Notes: generated by a model from the letters alone, not told the origin. A stretch of 64,000 nt of DNA from an uncultured Planctomycetaceae bacterium (GCA_963785305.1 CAWAUV010000005.1:64001-128000), one strand, 5' to 3'; positions 52,777 through 64,000 are shown, numbered from the stretch's first letter. Numbers and translations are program-made.

Positions 52777-54827
52777 GTTGATCGCCACCTGATGCCAAAG
52801 GGAGCCAGAAGACAAAATTCATTCCGCCCGTCGGATTCACGCTAGCCGACAAAGCGCCATCGTGCGTCTCGATGATCGAGCGACTGATCGGCAATCCCAT
52901 TCCCATGCCATTGGCCTTGGTCGTGAAGAAGGCGTCGAACAGTTGGTCGAAAGTCGGTTTACTTACGCCGGGCCCCGCGTCTTCGACCACGACTTCCACT
53001 CGCAATTTGCCGGAGCCTGCCACAAGCACTTGGCTGCGAAGGGTCACCTTGCGGCGGCCGGGGTCGATTTCGCGCATCGCCTCGATGGCGTTGACCATTA
53101 GATTAACGACCACTTGCTCGATTTGCACGCGGTCGACGATCACCCAGTCCGGAATCGCATCGAGCTCCAGCGAAATCTGGGTCTGGTTGGCCCGGGCGTC
53201 GATCTCGACCAGCGACACGATTTTGCGGATCAGGTCGTTGAGCGACACCCCGATTCGCTTGGGGGTTTCCTTGCGGACAAAACCGCCCAAACGCCGCAAA
53301 ATCTCGCCGGCCCGATTCGCTTGCTCCGAAATTTGCTGGTTCCACTCTTGAATTTCGGGCGGCGCCGGGTGTGCTTTGCAACACTTCGCGACAGGCGGCG
53401 GCGTAGTTCGCGATCGCGTACAGCGGCTGATTGATTTCGTGCGCCAGCTCCGAAACCATTTTGCCCATCGTGTTCAATCGCATCACATGGGCCAGTTGCG
53501 ATTGCTGCCGCCGGGCGTCTTCCTCGGAACGTTTGCGTTCGATGGCGTCGGCCAGCGTATTGGCCACCGCCTGGAGAAAATGCATGTCGTCTTGGCTAAA
53601 GACGCGCGAACGCGAGGCAAAAGCCCCCAACACCCCATAAGGCGTCGCGTGGCCATGCACGAGCACGCACACCCCGCCGCGTAGAGCCGCCGATCCGCCT
53701 CGCAATGGCAGAAATCGCGGATCGGTCGCGTAGTCGGCTACGATCACCGCTTCGCCGAGCGAAAGGCTCAGCCGGGCTTGAAGATCGGGGCCCGAACCCG
53801 CTTGCGTGCCTCCGATCGCCGAGGGCGCCCCGAAGGCCACGCGTGGCGGGGCGAACGCCTCGTCGTCCGAAGGCTCGAACAGCCGCGCGCAGTCGACATT
53901 CAACATTTGTGCCGCCACTTGCGCCGCGTCGGCCAGCAGGCGATGGATGTCGGTTCCCTCGAGCGCCTGTTTTCCCAGCTCGGCGACCGCCGCCTGCTGC
54001 CGCGCGCGGGCTTCGAGCGCGAGCTCCGCCCGCTTGCGATCGGTGATGTCGAGCAGCGAACCGGCGATCCGCGTCGGGTGGCCTTCGGTTGTCTCCCGTG
54101 ACTTGCCACTCATGGTCACCCAGCGACACTCGCCATCGGGGCGAAGCATCCTCGCTTCCAGACGGAGCGGCTCATGGCGAGAGATCGCGGCGAGAATCGC
54201 GGCTTTCACGTCCGCGATGTCCTCGGGATGGATTGCCGCTCGGGCAGTCTCGCGATCGACCGGGCGGACACCGCGGTCGATGCCGGTGATGGAATACGCC
54301 TCGTCGCTCAAGTAGCCGATTCCGGCCGTGGGGTCCCATTCCCAAATGCCCGCATTGCTGGCCTCGATCACGGTGCGAAGCCGCTCTTCGCTCTCGCGGA
54401 GCGCGCGTTCGGCGTGGGACAAGCGGCGCTCCCGATCGACCTGCGACAACACGCGCGTGACCAGGGGGCCAAGGAGGTCGAGAAACGATGGCCCCTTGAC
54501 CAGATAGTCTCGCGCGCCGCGCTTCATCATTTCCACCGCGATCGTCTCGCTGCCATGTCCGGTGGCGACGATAAACGGCGCGTCGATGCGATGCTCCTCG
54601 AATAGATCGATCAAACGATCGGCGTGCATGTCGGGCAGGCTATAATCGAGCAGCACCAGATTCGCCTCGTGGGTTTTGAGCCAGGCGATGGCTTCCTCGC
54701 CATTGCCGACGCGCGCCGTCTGGTGCCCTTCTTGGCCGAGCACTCGCTGAATCAAATGCGCCAGGCTCTCGTCGTCTTCGACGATCAGCACGACATGGTC
54801 GCCGGCGGCTCCGCCTCCCCGTTGCAT
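52766..54827 (-). CDS. Hybrid sensor histidine kinase REC-PAS-GAF-HisKA-HATPase (frameshifts ~53300-53360)
   Basis: IVEDD/LLDYSLPD receiver, GIWEWD...IHPED...DITDRK PAS, GAF, ELAHEINQPL, QV..NL..NA, D.GPG, FFTTK..GMGMGL. Confidence 0.92.
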
Positions 54828-54875
54828 CGATCATTCTCCCCTGGCGAAGTCGTGGGCCGCGGCCGCGGCGCCCAA

Positions 54876-55968
54876 CTATTCATCCCATGACGCGGAGGCC
54901 GCTTCCTCGGAAACATCGTCGACCAGTTCGACATGTCCCAAACGCGTCGGCAACACGAATCGCAACCGGCCATGCGCCACTTTCTTATCCCGGAGCATCG
55001 CGTCCATGAGCAGTTCGCGATCCACGCGGGCCAGCGCGAGCGGCAGGCCGAGCGCTTGGATCAAGGCCCGCTGCCGCGAGACAAACGTGTCGTCGACGCG
55101 TCCCAGCCGCCGCGCCAACCGAGCAGCGCACATCATGCCCACGGCCACCGCTTCCCCATGCAGCCACACGCCATAGCCGGCCGTGGCTTCGATCGCGTGG
55201 CCAAACGTGTGCCCGTAGTTGAGCACCGCGCGTTGGCCGGTCTCCTCACGCTCGTCTTGGGCGACCACTTGGGCCTTGAGCCGACAGCAGCGGGCAATGA
55301 CTTCGACGAGCGTTTCGTGGTCGCGGTCTCGAATCTCGGGGACGTGGCTTTCGAGATATTCGAAAAAGGCCGCGTCGAGAATCACGCCGTATTTGATCAC
55401 TTCGGCCAAGCCGGCCTGATATTCGCGCTCGGGCAGCGAATCGAGCGCGGCGATGTCGACCAGCACGGCAGTCGGCTGCCAGAAGGCGCCCACCATGTTT
55501 TTCGCGCCGGGCAAATTCACGCCGACTTTGCCGCCGACCGAGCTGTCGACCATCGCCAGCAGCGTGGTGGGGACCTGCACGAAGGGCAGCCCGCGGGCAA
55601 ACGTCGCGGCGACAAAGCCGGCCAAATCGCCCACGACTCCTCCGCCCACGGCCACGACGAGCGATTTGCGATCGGCCTTGAGCTCGAGCAGCTTTTGCCA
55701 GAGCCAGTCGGCGCTCTGTGTCGACTTGGTCGGTTCACCCGCCTCGACCACGAGCAGATCGACCTCGAGCCCCGCGCGGGCCAGACTCTCGGCCGCTTGT
55801 TCGCCGAGCGGGTCTTCGACATTGGTGTCGGTGATGATCACGGCATGCGTGGGTTTGCCGACACGCCGCGCCAGCGTGCCCAACTGCGCCGAGATTCCCC
55901 GAGCCGATCTCGATCGGGTAGCCGCGTTCGCCCAGCGAGACGTCGACCGTGAGGAGAGAAAGCGTCAA
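54876..55968 (-). CDS. aroB: 3-dehydroquinate synthase (frameshift ~55885)
   Basis: V.LGER.Y.I.IG, GE..KS, GGGVVGDLAGF.AA, PTTLLA.VDSSVGGK, LNYGHT.GHA.E, HGEAV..G, DKK. Confidence 0.96.
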
Positions 55969-56125
55969 CGCAAGGATTCCTTCAAGGAAGCGATGTGACC
56001 GGCGCAAGACAATGAATCATCGCCCGCGCGGCACGCGAACTTCGCCACCGACCAAGTGGTCGTTTCGTCCCAAAAGGCTAGAACCGCCCTCGGGCGCCGA
56101 ATTGCTCAGCATAGTCGACCGACGC

Positions 56126-56350
56126 CTACACGCCCAGTCGATGGAGATCGTCCTCCGTGACCGTGATCTCGCGGCAAAAGCCGGTGTGCAGCCGCACATA
56201 GGCCAGTTGCGCGGCATGCCGAGCGTCGGCATGCAACCGCTCCTCGACCCCGGGCCGCGCCGGCGGAGCGACGCGCGTCAGTTCCGCCGGCCAGTGGGTC
56301 ACGCATTCCACGACCAATGCTTCGCGATAAGGATCAAACGAACTAGCCAT
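56126..56350 (-). CDS. Small hypothetical protein (74 aa)
   Basis: FDPYREALVVE..T.WP...LH......L.Y.R.HTGFCR.ITVT..DL; co-oriented between the kinase and aroB. Confidence 0.7.
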   Translation of the reverse strand: MASSFDPYREALVVECVTHWPAELTRVAPPARPGVEERLHADARHAAQLAYVRLHTGFCREITVTEDDLHRLGV

Positions 56351-56411
56351 AAATTCGATTCCGCAAGGCAACGGGCGGGAATTCCGCCGGTTGCTCCCCG
56401 GGGAAAAAACG

Positions 56412-57284
56412 TCACACGGTTTCCGATTTCACGTCTTTCAGCATTTCAAGAATTTTTTGGGCCGAGGCCGGACGTGCGCTGGGCTCCGACTCGATGCAGG
56501 CGTGAATCGTGGCCGCGATTCGCGGATGCACCTTCGGGCAGAATGTCTTGAGCCCCGCCGCATCAGCCACGCCATGGCTCATGGCCGCTTGCCCGGTGGC
56601 GCCGCGGGGCCACGGCAAATCGCCCGCGAAGAGCTCGAACACCGTAACGCCGAAAGCAAAGATATCGAGCCGCTGATCGGCCTTCTTACGCCGCACAAGC
56701 TCGGGCGCCATGTAGTTCGGGGTGCCGGTGCGGTTGCCCGGCTGCATGAACGGCGCGGTGGCCGGCACCGTAAGTCCGAAGTCGATCAGTTTGAGCGATT
56801 TTCCATCTCGCGCCACGACAAAGTTGCGCGGGCAAATATCGCGGTGGATGAATCCGCTGGCGTGCACCACCTGCAACGCCTCGGCCGCTTGCCGCAAGAG
56901 CGCGAGACGATTGCCATCGAGCATCGTATTGCGGGCCACGATCAGCGAGTTGAGGCCGGCGCCGTCGAGAAACTCCATCACGAGGAACTGCTGATTCTCG
57001 GTCGACAATCCATGTTCATAGGTCTCGACGATCAACGGGTGATGAAACCGCATCGCGATCTCGCCCTCCGTCGGGCGATCGAGACCCACGAACCGCGCCT
57101 CGAGCGCTTTGGTTTTATCGGCGTCGAGCAACTTGAGACCCACTATGCGATCCGTTTGCCTATCACGGGCCATGTAAAACGACGACATGGTGCCCGAGAT
57201 CGCTTCGCGCAGGAGCTCGAAACGCGACTTGATATCGACTTTGCTGCCTCGGAGCAGATTGCGAAAATTACCCAACAAACCCAT
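56412..57284 (-). CDS. Hanks-type protein kinase, catalytic domain only
   Basis: GLKL, E in PTEGE, LVMEFL.G, HRDICPRN, KLIDFGL, TGTPNYMAPE, DIFAFGV, C.....P..RP. Confidence 0.9.
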   Translation of the reverse strand: MGLLGNFRNLLRGSKVDIKSRFELLREAISGTMSSFYMARDRQTDRIVGLKLLDADKTKALEARFVGLDRPTEGEIAMRFHHPLIVETYEHGLSTENQQFLVMEFLDGAGLNSLIVARNTMLDGNRLALLRQAAEALQVVHASGFIHRDICPRNFVVARDGKSLKLIDFGLTVPATAPFMQPGNRTGTPNYMAPELVRRKKADQRLDIFAFGVTVFELFAGDLPWPRGATGQAAMSHGVADAAGLKTFCPKVHPRIAATIHACIESEPSARPASAQKILEMLKDVKSETV

Positions 57285-57392
57285 GTCTTCAGTGTCCGTG
57301 ACCGCAAAATCGAGGAACCCGGCCGAAGGAATCGGCGCCGTGTCCATCGTAAATAGCCTGCCGGGCGCCGGCAAGTCGCCGGCGGCGATCCG

Positions 57393-59381
57393 CTATCGTG
57401 GCAGCTCGACCGCGACCATTTCCTCGCCATTTCGCACAAAAAGCCGGCCCCGGGCCAAGCTGGGCATGTTCCATGTCTTACCGACTAGCAAGGAATCTCG
57501 TCCCAGTTCAACGAGCCGCTGGGGATTGGCCTCGAGCAGAATCACTTCGCCCGATTCCGAGACCACGAGCAACAATTGCTGTTCTTCGAGCAGCAGCACC
57601 TGTCCATGGCCGAAGCGGCCTTGTTTCCAGCGGCGCTTGCCCGATTGCAAATCGAGGCAGCAAAAAATGCCGTCGTCGAAGCCATAGATGGCGTCGCCGG
57701 CCACGACAAAATCGCTCAGCGAGGTCTTCAACCCCTTCGACCACCACTTCTGGCCGGTCGGTCTCGGCTCGTTTGTCGCGGCTTCTGCTCCCAAGGCGAG
57801 CGCTTCCGGGCCGCGTGCTTCCGAGGCGGGGCCGGTTGCATCGCTGAGCGACGCCTCTTCCAGGTCGACACGGGCCACGCCCGCGGCGGCTTGCACAATG
57901 AAGCCGTGGCCATCGCCCACCGGCTGCGGCTGCGTGACCGGCATCATCACACCGGGCTTGAGCGTCAAGAACGCGGCTATTTTTCCATCGGCCGGGTCGA
58001 CCGCGGTTAGCTGCCGATCGCCAAGCTGAGCCACCAAGGTCCGGCCGGCAAGCTCGACCCGTTGAGGAGAACTGTAGCCGACAACTCCGGCGTCGGTGGT
58101 CCAAACAAGCTCGCCGGTCTGTTCCTGATAGGCGAGCAAACTCTTTTTCGCGTCGCCGCCGGCAAACACGATCACGAGCCCACGCTCGACGAGCGGCGAC
58201 GCTGAAAATCCCCATTGCGGCGTCGGGGCGCCGGAGTCGGCGGCAATGTCTCGGGTCCACACCAGGGCGCCGGTCGAAGCATCGAGCGCATTGAGCCGTC
58301 CTCGGCCGCCGAGCGAATAGATGTGGCCATTGGCAAACGTCGGCGTCGCCCGCGGCCCGGCGCCCGAAAGCGGTTCCTCGAAGCGCTCCTCATCGCCGTG
58401 GGTCCAAAGCTCGTCGCCACTCGAGGCATCGTAGGCGACGACCATTTCTTGCGGCCCCCGCTGTTCTTGGGTAAAGAGGCGTCCATCGACCACCGTCATG
58501 CTCGACCAGCCGGGGCCGACGCGCCGCGACCAAAGTTTCTGGGGCGGATGCGCTTGCCAATCCGTCGATATCCTCAGACCGGCGACGTGGCCATCGCGAG
58601 CCGGTCCACGAAAGTCGGGCCAATCGCCCGGCTGCACGGCCAGCGGCGCCGAACTCGGGGGCGAAACCTCGTTCGAGGCCAATGCCTTGGCGGCGGCCCC
58701 ATTGTCAGAGATGGCCAACGCGTCGCTTGGCTCGGCGGCCGGCGGCGCCGGTGTGATCGGTTTGCCGTCGGCCATCCGCGAGCGCAAAAACTGTTCCTCG
58801 GGCGTTGGCTCCCAGCGCCATTGCGTGATGGCCTGTTGACCGCCCGAGAGGCCCTCGGAGCGGAGCAGCGCCATGTACCCCCAAGTCATCATGCAGACGG
58901 CAAGATATCCGGCGAGCTGGGCTCGCATGGACCAAGTTCGCGTGAGCCAACACCACGCGGCGCCGCCGGTAAAGGCCAACGGCAGGCCAAACATCGTGAG
59001 TGCGAGCACATTCAGCGAGCGATCGACGATCAGCATCGCCAGGAGCTCGCCGCCGATCAAAGCCGCCGCCGCGCCGAGCCGAACCCGCCAAGCCACGCGG
59101 CCATTGGTAAACCACCATAGGGTCATTGCGAGCAGCAGCGCCAGATGCATGGACATGCGCGAAAGAAACCGCGCGAGCGATGAAAGCTCGACGTGCGGCA
59201 CGGCGAAGTAATATCCCCAGTAGAGCGCCAGCAACAGCACCGCCGGCCAAACGCGCGGCGGCCGGCCGACGCCACTTGGCCGCGCTGCGTGCGTGGCGTC
59301 GGCTGTCCGTGAAATCGTGGCGCTGCCCGCGCCCGGCGATCCGTGCGCCGCGTCGCGTGGGGCGTTTTCCTCTCGATGCAT
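57393..59381 (-). CDS. Membrane-anchored PQQ-like beta-propeller protein
   Basis: N-terminal TM helices, DWPDFRGP.RDG, GPGWSS, GPRATP, WGFSASP, GKTWN.P......L.VRN. Confidence 0.88.
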   Translation of the reverse strand: MHREENAPRDAAHGSPGAGSATISRTADATHAARPSGVGRPPRVWPAVLLLALYWGYYFAVPHVELSSLARFLSRMSMHLALLLAMTLWWFTNGRVAWRVRLGAAAALIGGELLAMLIVDRSLNVLALTMFGLPLAFTGGAAWCWLTRTWSMRAQLAGYLAVCMMTWGYMALLRSEGLSGGQQAITQWRWEPTPEEQFLRSRMADGKPITPAPPAAEPSDALAISDNGAAAKALASNEVSPPSSAPLAVQPGDWPDFRGPARDGHVAGLRISTDWQAHPPQKLWSRRVGPGWSSMTVVDGRLFTQEQRGPQEMVVAYDASSGDELWTHGDEERFEEPLSGAGPRATPTFANGHIYSLGGRGRLNALDASTGALVWTRDIAADSGAPTPQWGFSASPLVERGLVIVFAGGDAKKSLLAYQEQTGELVWTTDAGVVGYSSPQRVELAGRTLVAQLGDRQLTAVDPADGKIAAFLTLKPGVMMPVTQPQPVGDGHGFIVQAAAGVARVDLEEASLSDATGPASEARGPEALALGAEAATNEPRPTGQKWWSKGLKTSLSDFVVAGDAIYGFDDGIFCCLDLQSGKRRWKQGRFGHGQVLLLEEQQLLLVVSESGEVILLEANPQRLVELGRDSLLVGKTWNMPSLARGRLFVRNGEEMVAVELPR

Positions 59382-59821
59382 GCTAGCACTCCTTTTTTTG
59401 CGAATCGGCAGCTCGATACCGCCGCGTTCGCCTCGCTATCGCCGGACCGGAACGCATTCGTTCCTTGGGGGAAAGCACGCGCACGGCCGCGTTAATGTAC
59501 CAGTGCCGCCGGGACCGGGAACATATTGAAATCAGCGGTTCGCGGCGCCGGGGGGGGCTTTCGTGCTCTTTGGCTCAAAGAATTGCTCCCTCGCATTCGC
59601 AAACAAGAGGTCTCTTTCGGCGACGATTTTTTCGCATCTGGCGATTGTGCGGGCGATCGGCCACGGGTCCCGCCAGGAAATTCGCCGCGCCAAATCGACC
59701 GTTCGTTGCGACATATCCTTCGGCCCTCGGGGGCCTGCGATTGCGACGTACATTCTCGTCGTGGGCCGCAAAAATGCGCGCGACCGGGGGCCGACGACGT
59801 TGGCGTGGCTGTCGTCGGGCC

Positions 59822-61897
59822 ATGGCGCCCGCGAATTTACCCTATGACTTCCGGGCTCCGTTTTCCATGATCTCGCTCCGTTTCGACCGGATATCTCGCC
59901 GCTTCGTCGGGCATGACTCGCGCCGCGCGAAATCGATCGGCGCCGCGCTCGTCGGCGGCTGGATCGCAATCGCGCCAGCGCCGGCGATCGGACTCGCCAG
60001 CAACAGCGGTCCCGAATATGTGGCCCCGCCCGCGGCGGCGAGCGATATTTCCACGCGTCCCCTGGTGGCGCTCGACACCGGAGCGCACACCGGCTGGGTC
60101 ACGCGACTACTCGCGAGCCCCTATAACAACGAACTGATCAGTATCTCGCACGACAAAACCGTGCGATTCTGGGACATCGCCACCGGCGAAACGACGCGCG
60201 TGCTGCGCCCGCCGGTGGGGCCGGGCATGCAAGGCCGGTTGCATGCCGCGGCGATCTCGGCCGATGGCCGCCTGCTCGCGATCGGCGGGGAATCGGCGCT
60301 GCTCGCGCCGAACGATCATCGCGTGCTCCTCATTGCCCTGCCCGAAGGCCAAATCGCGCGAACGCTTCGCGGACACAACGGCCCGATTCGCGATCTCGCT
60401 TTTTCGCCCGACGGCAGCCGCCTCGCTTCGGCCAGCGACGATCGCACGGCACGGGTCTGGGATCCCGCGACCGGCGAGCTTTTGCAAACGCTCGCCGGCC
60501 ATCAAGATCGTGTGTCGAGCGTCGCCTGGTCGCCCGACGGAGGCAGCCTCATCAGCGGTTCGTGGGATCGGACGGCCCGCGTGTGGAATCTCGCGGAACG
60601 GTCTCGCGCTGTCGCCGCCGGGAAATCGCCGAATCCGCTCTCGCGGATCGCGATATCGCCGATCATGGCGGCGCCAGTGACGATCGAGCATGGCGAAAAG
60701 GTGATGAGCGTCGCCTGGCTTTCCAGTGGACGTGGGCTCATCACCGGCGGGGGGCAAGCCATTCGCTGGTGGTCGCCGGCCGGCGCCTCGCTCCATGCTT
60801 GGGACGACTTGCCTGAACGCATTCAGCGATTCACGGTCTCGGCCGACGCCTCGCGGCTGGTTTACGCCTGGGGCAGCATGAACCACGACGACCACGGCTC
60901 GGCGGTACTGAGCCTCGCGAATCGGCGCGAGATCAGCCGCTTTCTCGACCATCGCAACACGCCAATGGACGGCATTTTTCTGCCCGATGGCCAAGCGGTC
61001 GCCAGTTGCGCTTCGTCGACGGAAATTTGTATTTGGCGATGCGATTCGGGACAACCGATTCAGCGCATCGAGGGGCCGGGCGACGTGGTCCGCGCCGTGG
61101 GCTGGAGCCCCGACGGACATCGCATCGCCTGGGGACAAGCCACCTCGCCCGGCGCGGCGATCCATGCCACGCTGCCACTGGAGCATACATTCGATCTCGC
61201 CACACTCGGCGTGGGACCGCCGCCCGAAGGCTCCTATCAGCGGGCGATCAGCCAGTCCGGCGGCCTGCGGATCGAGCGCACGAGCAATCAAGTCGCCATG
61301 GTATTCCGCGGCGGCCAACCGCTCGCCACGCTTCGACTCGAGCAAGCGGCTGATCGCCTTCGCGCCAAAACTCTGCTGCCCGGCGGGCGGGCGGCGCTCG
61401 CTTCGAGCAACGGGGTGATGATCCATGATATTGCCAGCGGTCAACCGCTCGGACGCCTCGCCGGCCACGCCGACACGGTGTGGGCCTTGGCGCCCTCGCC
61501 CGACGGCCGCTTTCTGCTTACCGGCGGCGGCGATCAAACGATGGAGATCTGGAATCTCGCCACGGGACGGCGATTGCTCTCGCTCTTTATCGGCGGCAAG
61601 CAGTGGATCGCCTGGACGCCCGAGGGCTACTTCGCGGCATCGCCCGGCGGCGAATCGCTCATGGGTTGGCTAGTGAATCGCGGAGCCGAGCACATGGCCG
61701 ACTTCTACCCGTCGTCCGAATTTCACGAGTCGCTTTACCGGCCCGATGTGATCGCCCGGCTGCTCGAAACGGGCGATGTCGCCACGTCGCTCGCCGCCGC
61801 CGACCGTGCGCACCGCGAACAATCGGCCCCGATCATCCTCGACACGCGCCCGACATCGCGGCCCGAAGCCGCGGACACGAAGCGCGCCAAGCCATAG
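59822..61897 (+). CDS. Secreted WD40-repeat protein
   Basis: L.GH..PI..LAFSPDG..LASAS.D.TARVWD and similar repeats; tail WIAWTPEGYF..SPGG...GW.VN. Start uncertain (59822 or 59867). Confidence 0.88.
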   Translation: MAPANLPYDFRAPFSMISLRFDRISRRFVGHDSRRAKSIGAALVGGWIAIAPAPAIGLASNSGPEYVAPPAAASDISTRPLVALDTGAHTGWVTRLLASPYNNELISISHDKTVRFWDIATGETTRVLRPPVGPGMQGRLHAAAISADGRLLAIGGESALLAPNDHRVLLIALPEGQIARTLRGHNGPIRDLAFSPDGSRLASASDDRTARVWDPATGELLQTLAGHQDRVSSVAWSPDGGSLISGSWDRTARVWNLAERSRAVAAGKSPNPLSRIAISPIMAAPVTIEHGEKVMSVAWLSSGRGLITGGGQAIRWWSPAGASLHAWDDLPERIQRFTVSADASRLVYAWGSMNHDDHGSAVLSLANRREISRFLDHRNTPMDGIFLPDGQAVASCASSTEICIWRCDSGQPIQRIEGPGDVVRAVGWSPDGHRIAWGQATSPGAAIHATLPLEHTFDLATLGVGPPPEGSYQRAISQSGGLRIERTSNQVAMVFRGGQPLATLRLEQAADRLRAKTLLPGGRAALASSNGVMIHDIASGQPLGRLAGHADTVWALAPSPDGRFLLTGGGDQTMEIWNLATGRRLLSLFIGGKQWIAWTPEGYFAASPGGESLMGWLVNRGAEHMADFYPSSEFHESLYRPDVIARLLETGDVATSLAAADRAHREQSAPIILDTRPTSRPEAADTKRAKP

Positions 61898-61958
61898 CAG
61901 CCTGTTGAAATATTCAACAGGCCGCGCCGCCGGGCCGATAGCCGCGCGGCGCCAAGAA

Positions 61959-64000
61959 CTATTCCGAGCGATGTTCGAGTTCCACCACCGTGGCCTTCGC
62001 GTCGCTCGAAAGCGTGAGCGGCGCAGTCCCAGATCACGGCGGCCGTCTTGCAAATGCCCGACGGACCCTCGAGGCAGTAATAATACACGAGCGAAAGTTT
62101 GAGATGCTCTTGGCCCGAGGACTTGGTCGCCGGCAGCTTGATCTCGAAATGCTTGGCTCGCTCGGGCACTTCGACCCATTTGCCGAGCGCCGCCCGGTCG
62201 AGCGGGCCATCGTCGCCGGAGGCTTCGAGCATATAACGCAGCGGGGCCTCGGGATTGATCTTGTAGCCCTTCGGTAGTTTGAGCGACACCGCGATCCGCA
62301 CCGCCCCATCGACCGCGCGGACCGATACCGGCTCGACCTTCACTTGCTCGGCGCCGGTGAGACTCGGCTTCGATTCGGCTCGCTTGGCTTCGGGCGCCGC
62401 GAGGCCCTCGATCGTGAGCGTGGACACGGCGTTGTCGTGATCGAGATCGACCACGCGAATCTTGTGGTTGTTCGTGTCGGCCACATAGAGCTTGCCGGCG
62501 GCGTGGCTGATGCCGGTCGGTTCACGAAACCGCGCCGGCTCATCGGAATCGCCTGGCGCGCCACCGACCAGCGTCTTCACGCTCCGCGTTTTGGGATCGA
62601 CGATCTTGATCTTGCTGTTGTAGGTGTCGGCCACATAGAGCACATCGCGGGCGTAGGTCAGGCCGAGCGGATGCTGCAAGAGCGCTTTGCCCTGCGGTCC
62701 ATCTTGATCGCCGAAGGTGAATAGCCGGCCACCTTGCAACCCGGCGGTTCCAATCACGGTGCGAACCGACTCGCGCGGATTGAACGGCACGGCGCGAATC
62801 GAACTGCCTTCGCTATCGGCCACATAGAGCCAATGCTCGTCGGCGGCCAGTCCGCTGGGCTGGGCAAACGACGCGAAGCCTTCTTCATAGGGCTCGGCGG
62901 GCGAAAGCGGGCCATCGACAATGTCCTCGCGGCCATTGCCGGCGTAGGGGCCAATCGTGCTTTCATCGAGCGGCATTCGCCAAATCTGGTGCGGCCCGGC
63001 CATGGCGATATACAGGTCGCGTTTGTGAATCTTCAGGGCCCAGGGACTATTGAGCGGAGTGTGCTTCGGCTTGCCCTGCCAATGGCGCGGACGGCCGGGA
63101 AAGCCGGTGCCCTGCTTGCCGGTCCCGGCGATGGTGGTGACCGTCTTCTTTTCGAGATCGACTTTGCGCAGCATGTGGTTTTCGGTGTCGGCCACATAGA
63201 GCGTTTTGCCCTCGAGGGCCATGCCTTGCGGGTGGTTGAACGAAGCGTGGGCAAAGTCGCCATCGGCCTCGCCGAGTTGGCCGCCGCCGATCACGTCTTG
63301 CAATTTGCCGGCAAGATCGGCGACCACGATCCGATCGTGATTGCTATCGGCGATAAAGAGCCGACCGCTCGCTTCGTCGGCGAGCACCTTGCCCGGAAAG
63401 CGGAGCGGAGTCTGCTTGGCCTTGCCAGCGGCCAAGTCGAAGCGAAGCGGAGTTTCGTCGAGCAGGCCGCGGCGCTTGTAATAGGTCACGGCCTTCTTGA
63501 TAAACGCGTTGAGCGTGTCGAAATCGATCTCGCCGCTGCTGGCCCCGATCACATAGCCCTCGGGATCGATCACGCGAAAACTCGGCCAACTACTGATTTG
63601 ATAGCGATCCCAAATCGCATGCTCGGAATCGTTGACGACCGGGTGTTCGATCTCGTAGCGCATCACGGCTTCGGTAATGCTCTGGCTGTCTTTCTCCTGG
63701 GCAAACTTGGCCGAATGCACGCCGATCACCACGACCTCATTTGGGTAGGCATGCTCGATTTTCTTGAGCACCGGCAGAATGTGCATGCAGTTGATGCAGC
63801 AATAGGTCCAGAAGTCGAGGATCACGATCTTGCCGCGCAGGTCCTGCACATCGAGCGGGCCGCCGGTATTGATCCAGTCGCCGCCCGAGAGCGAGGGCGC
63901 TTTGACGCGCTGCTTGAAGGGATTGTCGCTGGCCTCTTGGCCGTCGGCGGCTTTCGCGGCGACGCGCGCCGTGGGGGCGGAGCTTGTCGCGCGCGGGCGA
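61959..64000 (-). CDS. Thioredoxin + NHL-repeat protein (NHLRC2/SOQ1-like); 5' end outside the window; frameshift ~62025
   Basis: L.GK.VILDFWTYCCINC.H, GVHSAKF, LRFPGK, NHL repeats (F.HPQG, YVADTENH, AQPSGL, QHPLG). Corrected C-terminus ends at 61959. Confidence 0.92.

Noticed and set aside
376..63589. Numerous long antisense or alternative-frame ORFs (Arg/Ala/Pro-rich)
   Set aside because: Shadow ORFs of GC-rich genes with no recognisable motifs.

Overview
GC-rich bacterial chromosomal segment, very probably from a planctomycete (Pirellulales-like): it carries a DUF1559 prepilin-type gene, a PEP-CTERM gene, a PVC-type CxxCH protein and PQQ-like propellers. About 20 genes, including housekeeping ones (pcrA, aroB), are broken by apparent single-base frameshifts, most likely uncorrected long-read errors, so those CDS coordinates are reconstructed across frames. 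Main content: (1) an ~18 kb group 1h ('high-affinity', Hhy-type) [NiFe]-hydrogenase locus at 3.6-21.9 kb, with divergent hypCDE-SIS-hypF and hypAB-nikMN-hhySL-accessory arms, a 36-aa membrane peptide gene missed by the ORF track, and an ISBst12-type IS66 element with an 8-bp target duplication; (2) a sigma70 promoter and cobalamin riboswitch leading a DUF1559 gene and a propeller-like PEP-CTERM surface protein gene, my best candidate for an undescribed planctomycete B12-acquisition system; (3) a Gly-rich autotransporter bracketed by a 214-bp diverged duplication of the 3' end of a SYLF/Ysc84 gene; (4) ordinary core and planctomycete genes (sialidase, cysteine desulfurase, emrAB-like pump, rplM-rpsI, pcrA, surE, FixL/FixJ-like pair, aroB, protein kinase, WD40 and Trx-NHL proteins). 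I found no tRNA, rRNA or CRISPR array. Family names come from motif recognition, not database searches.
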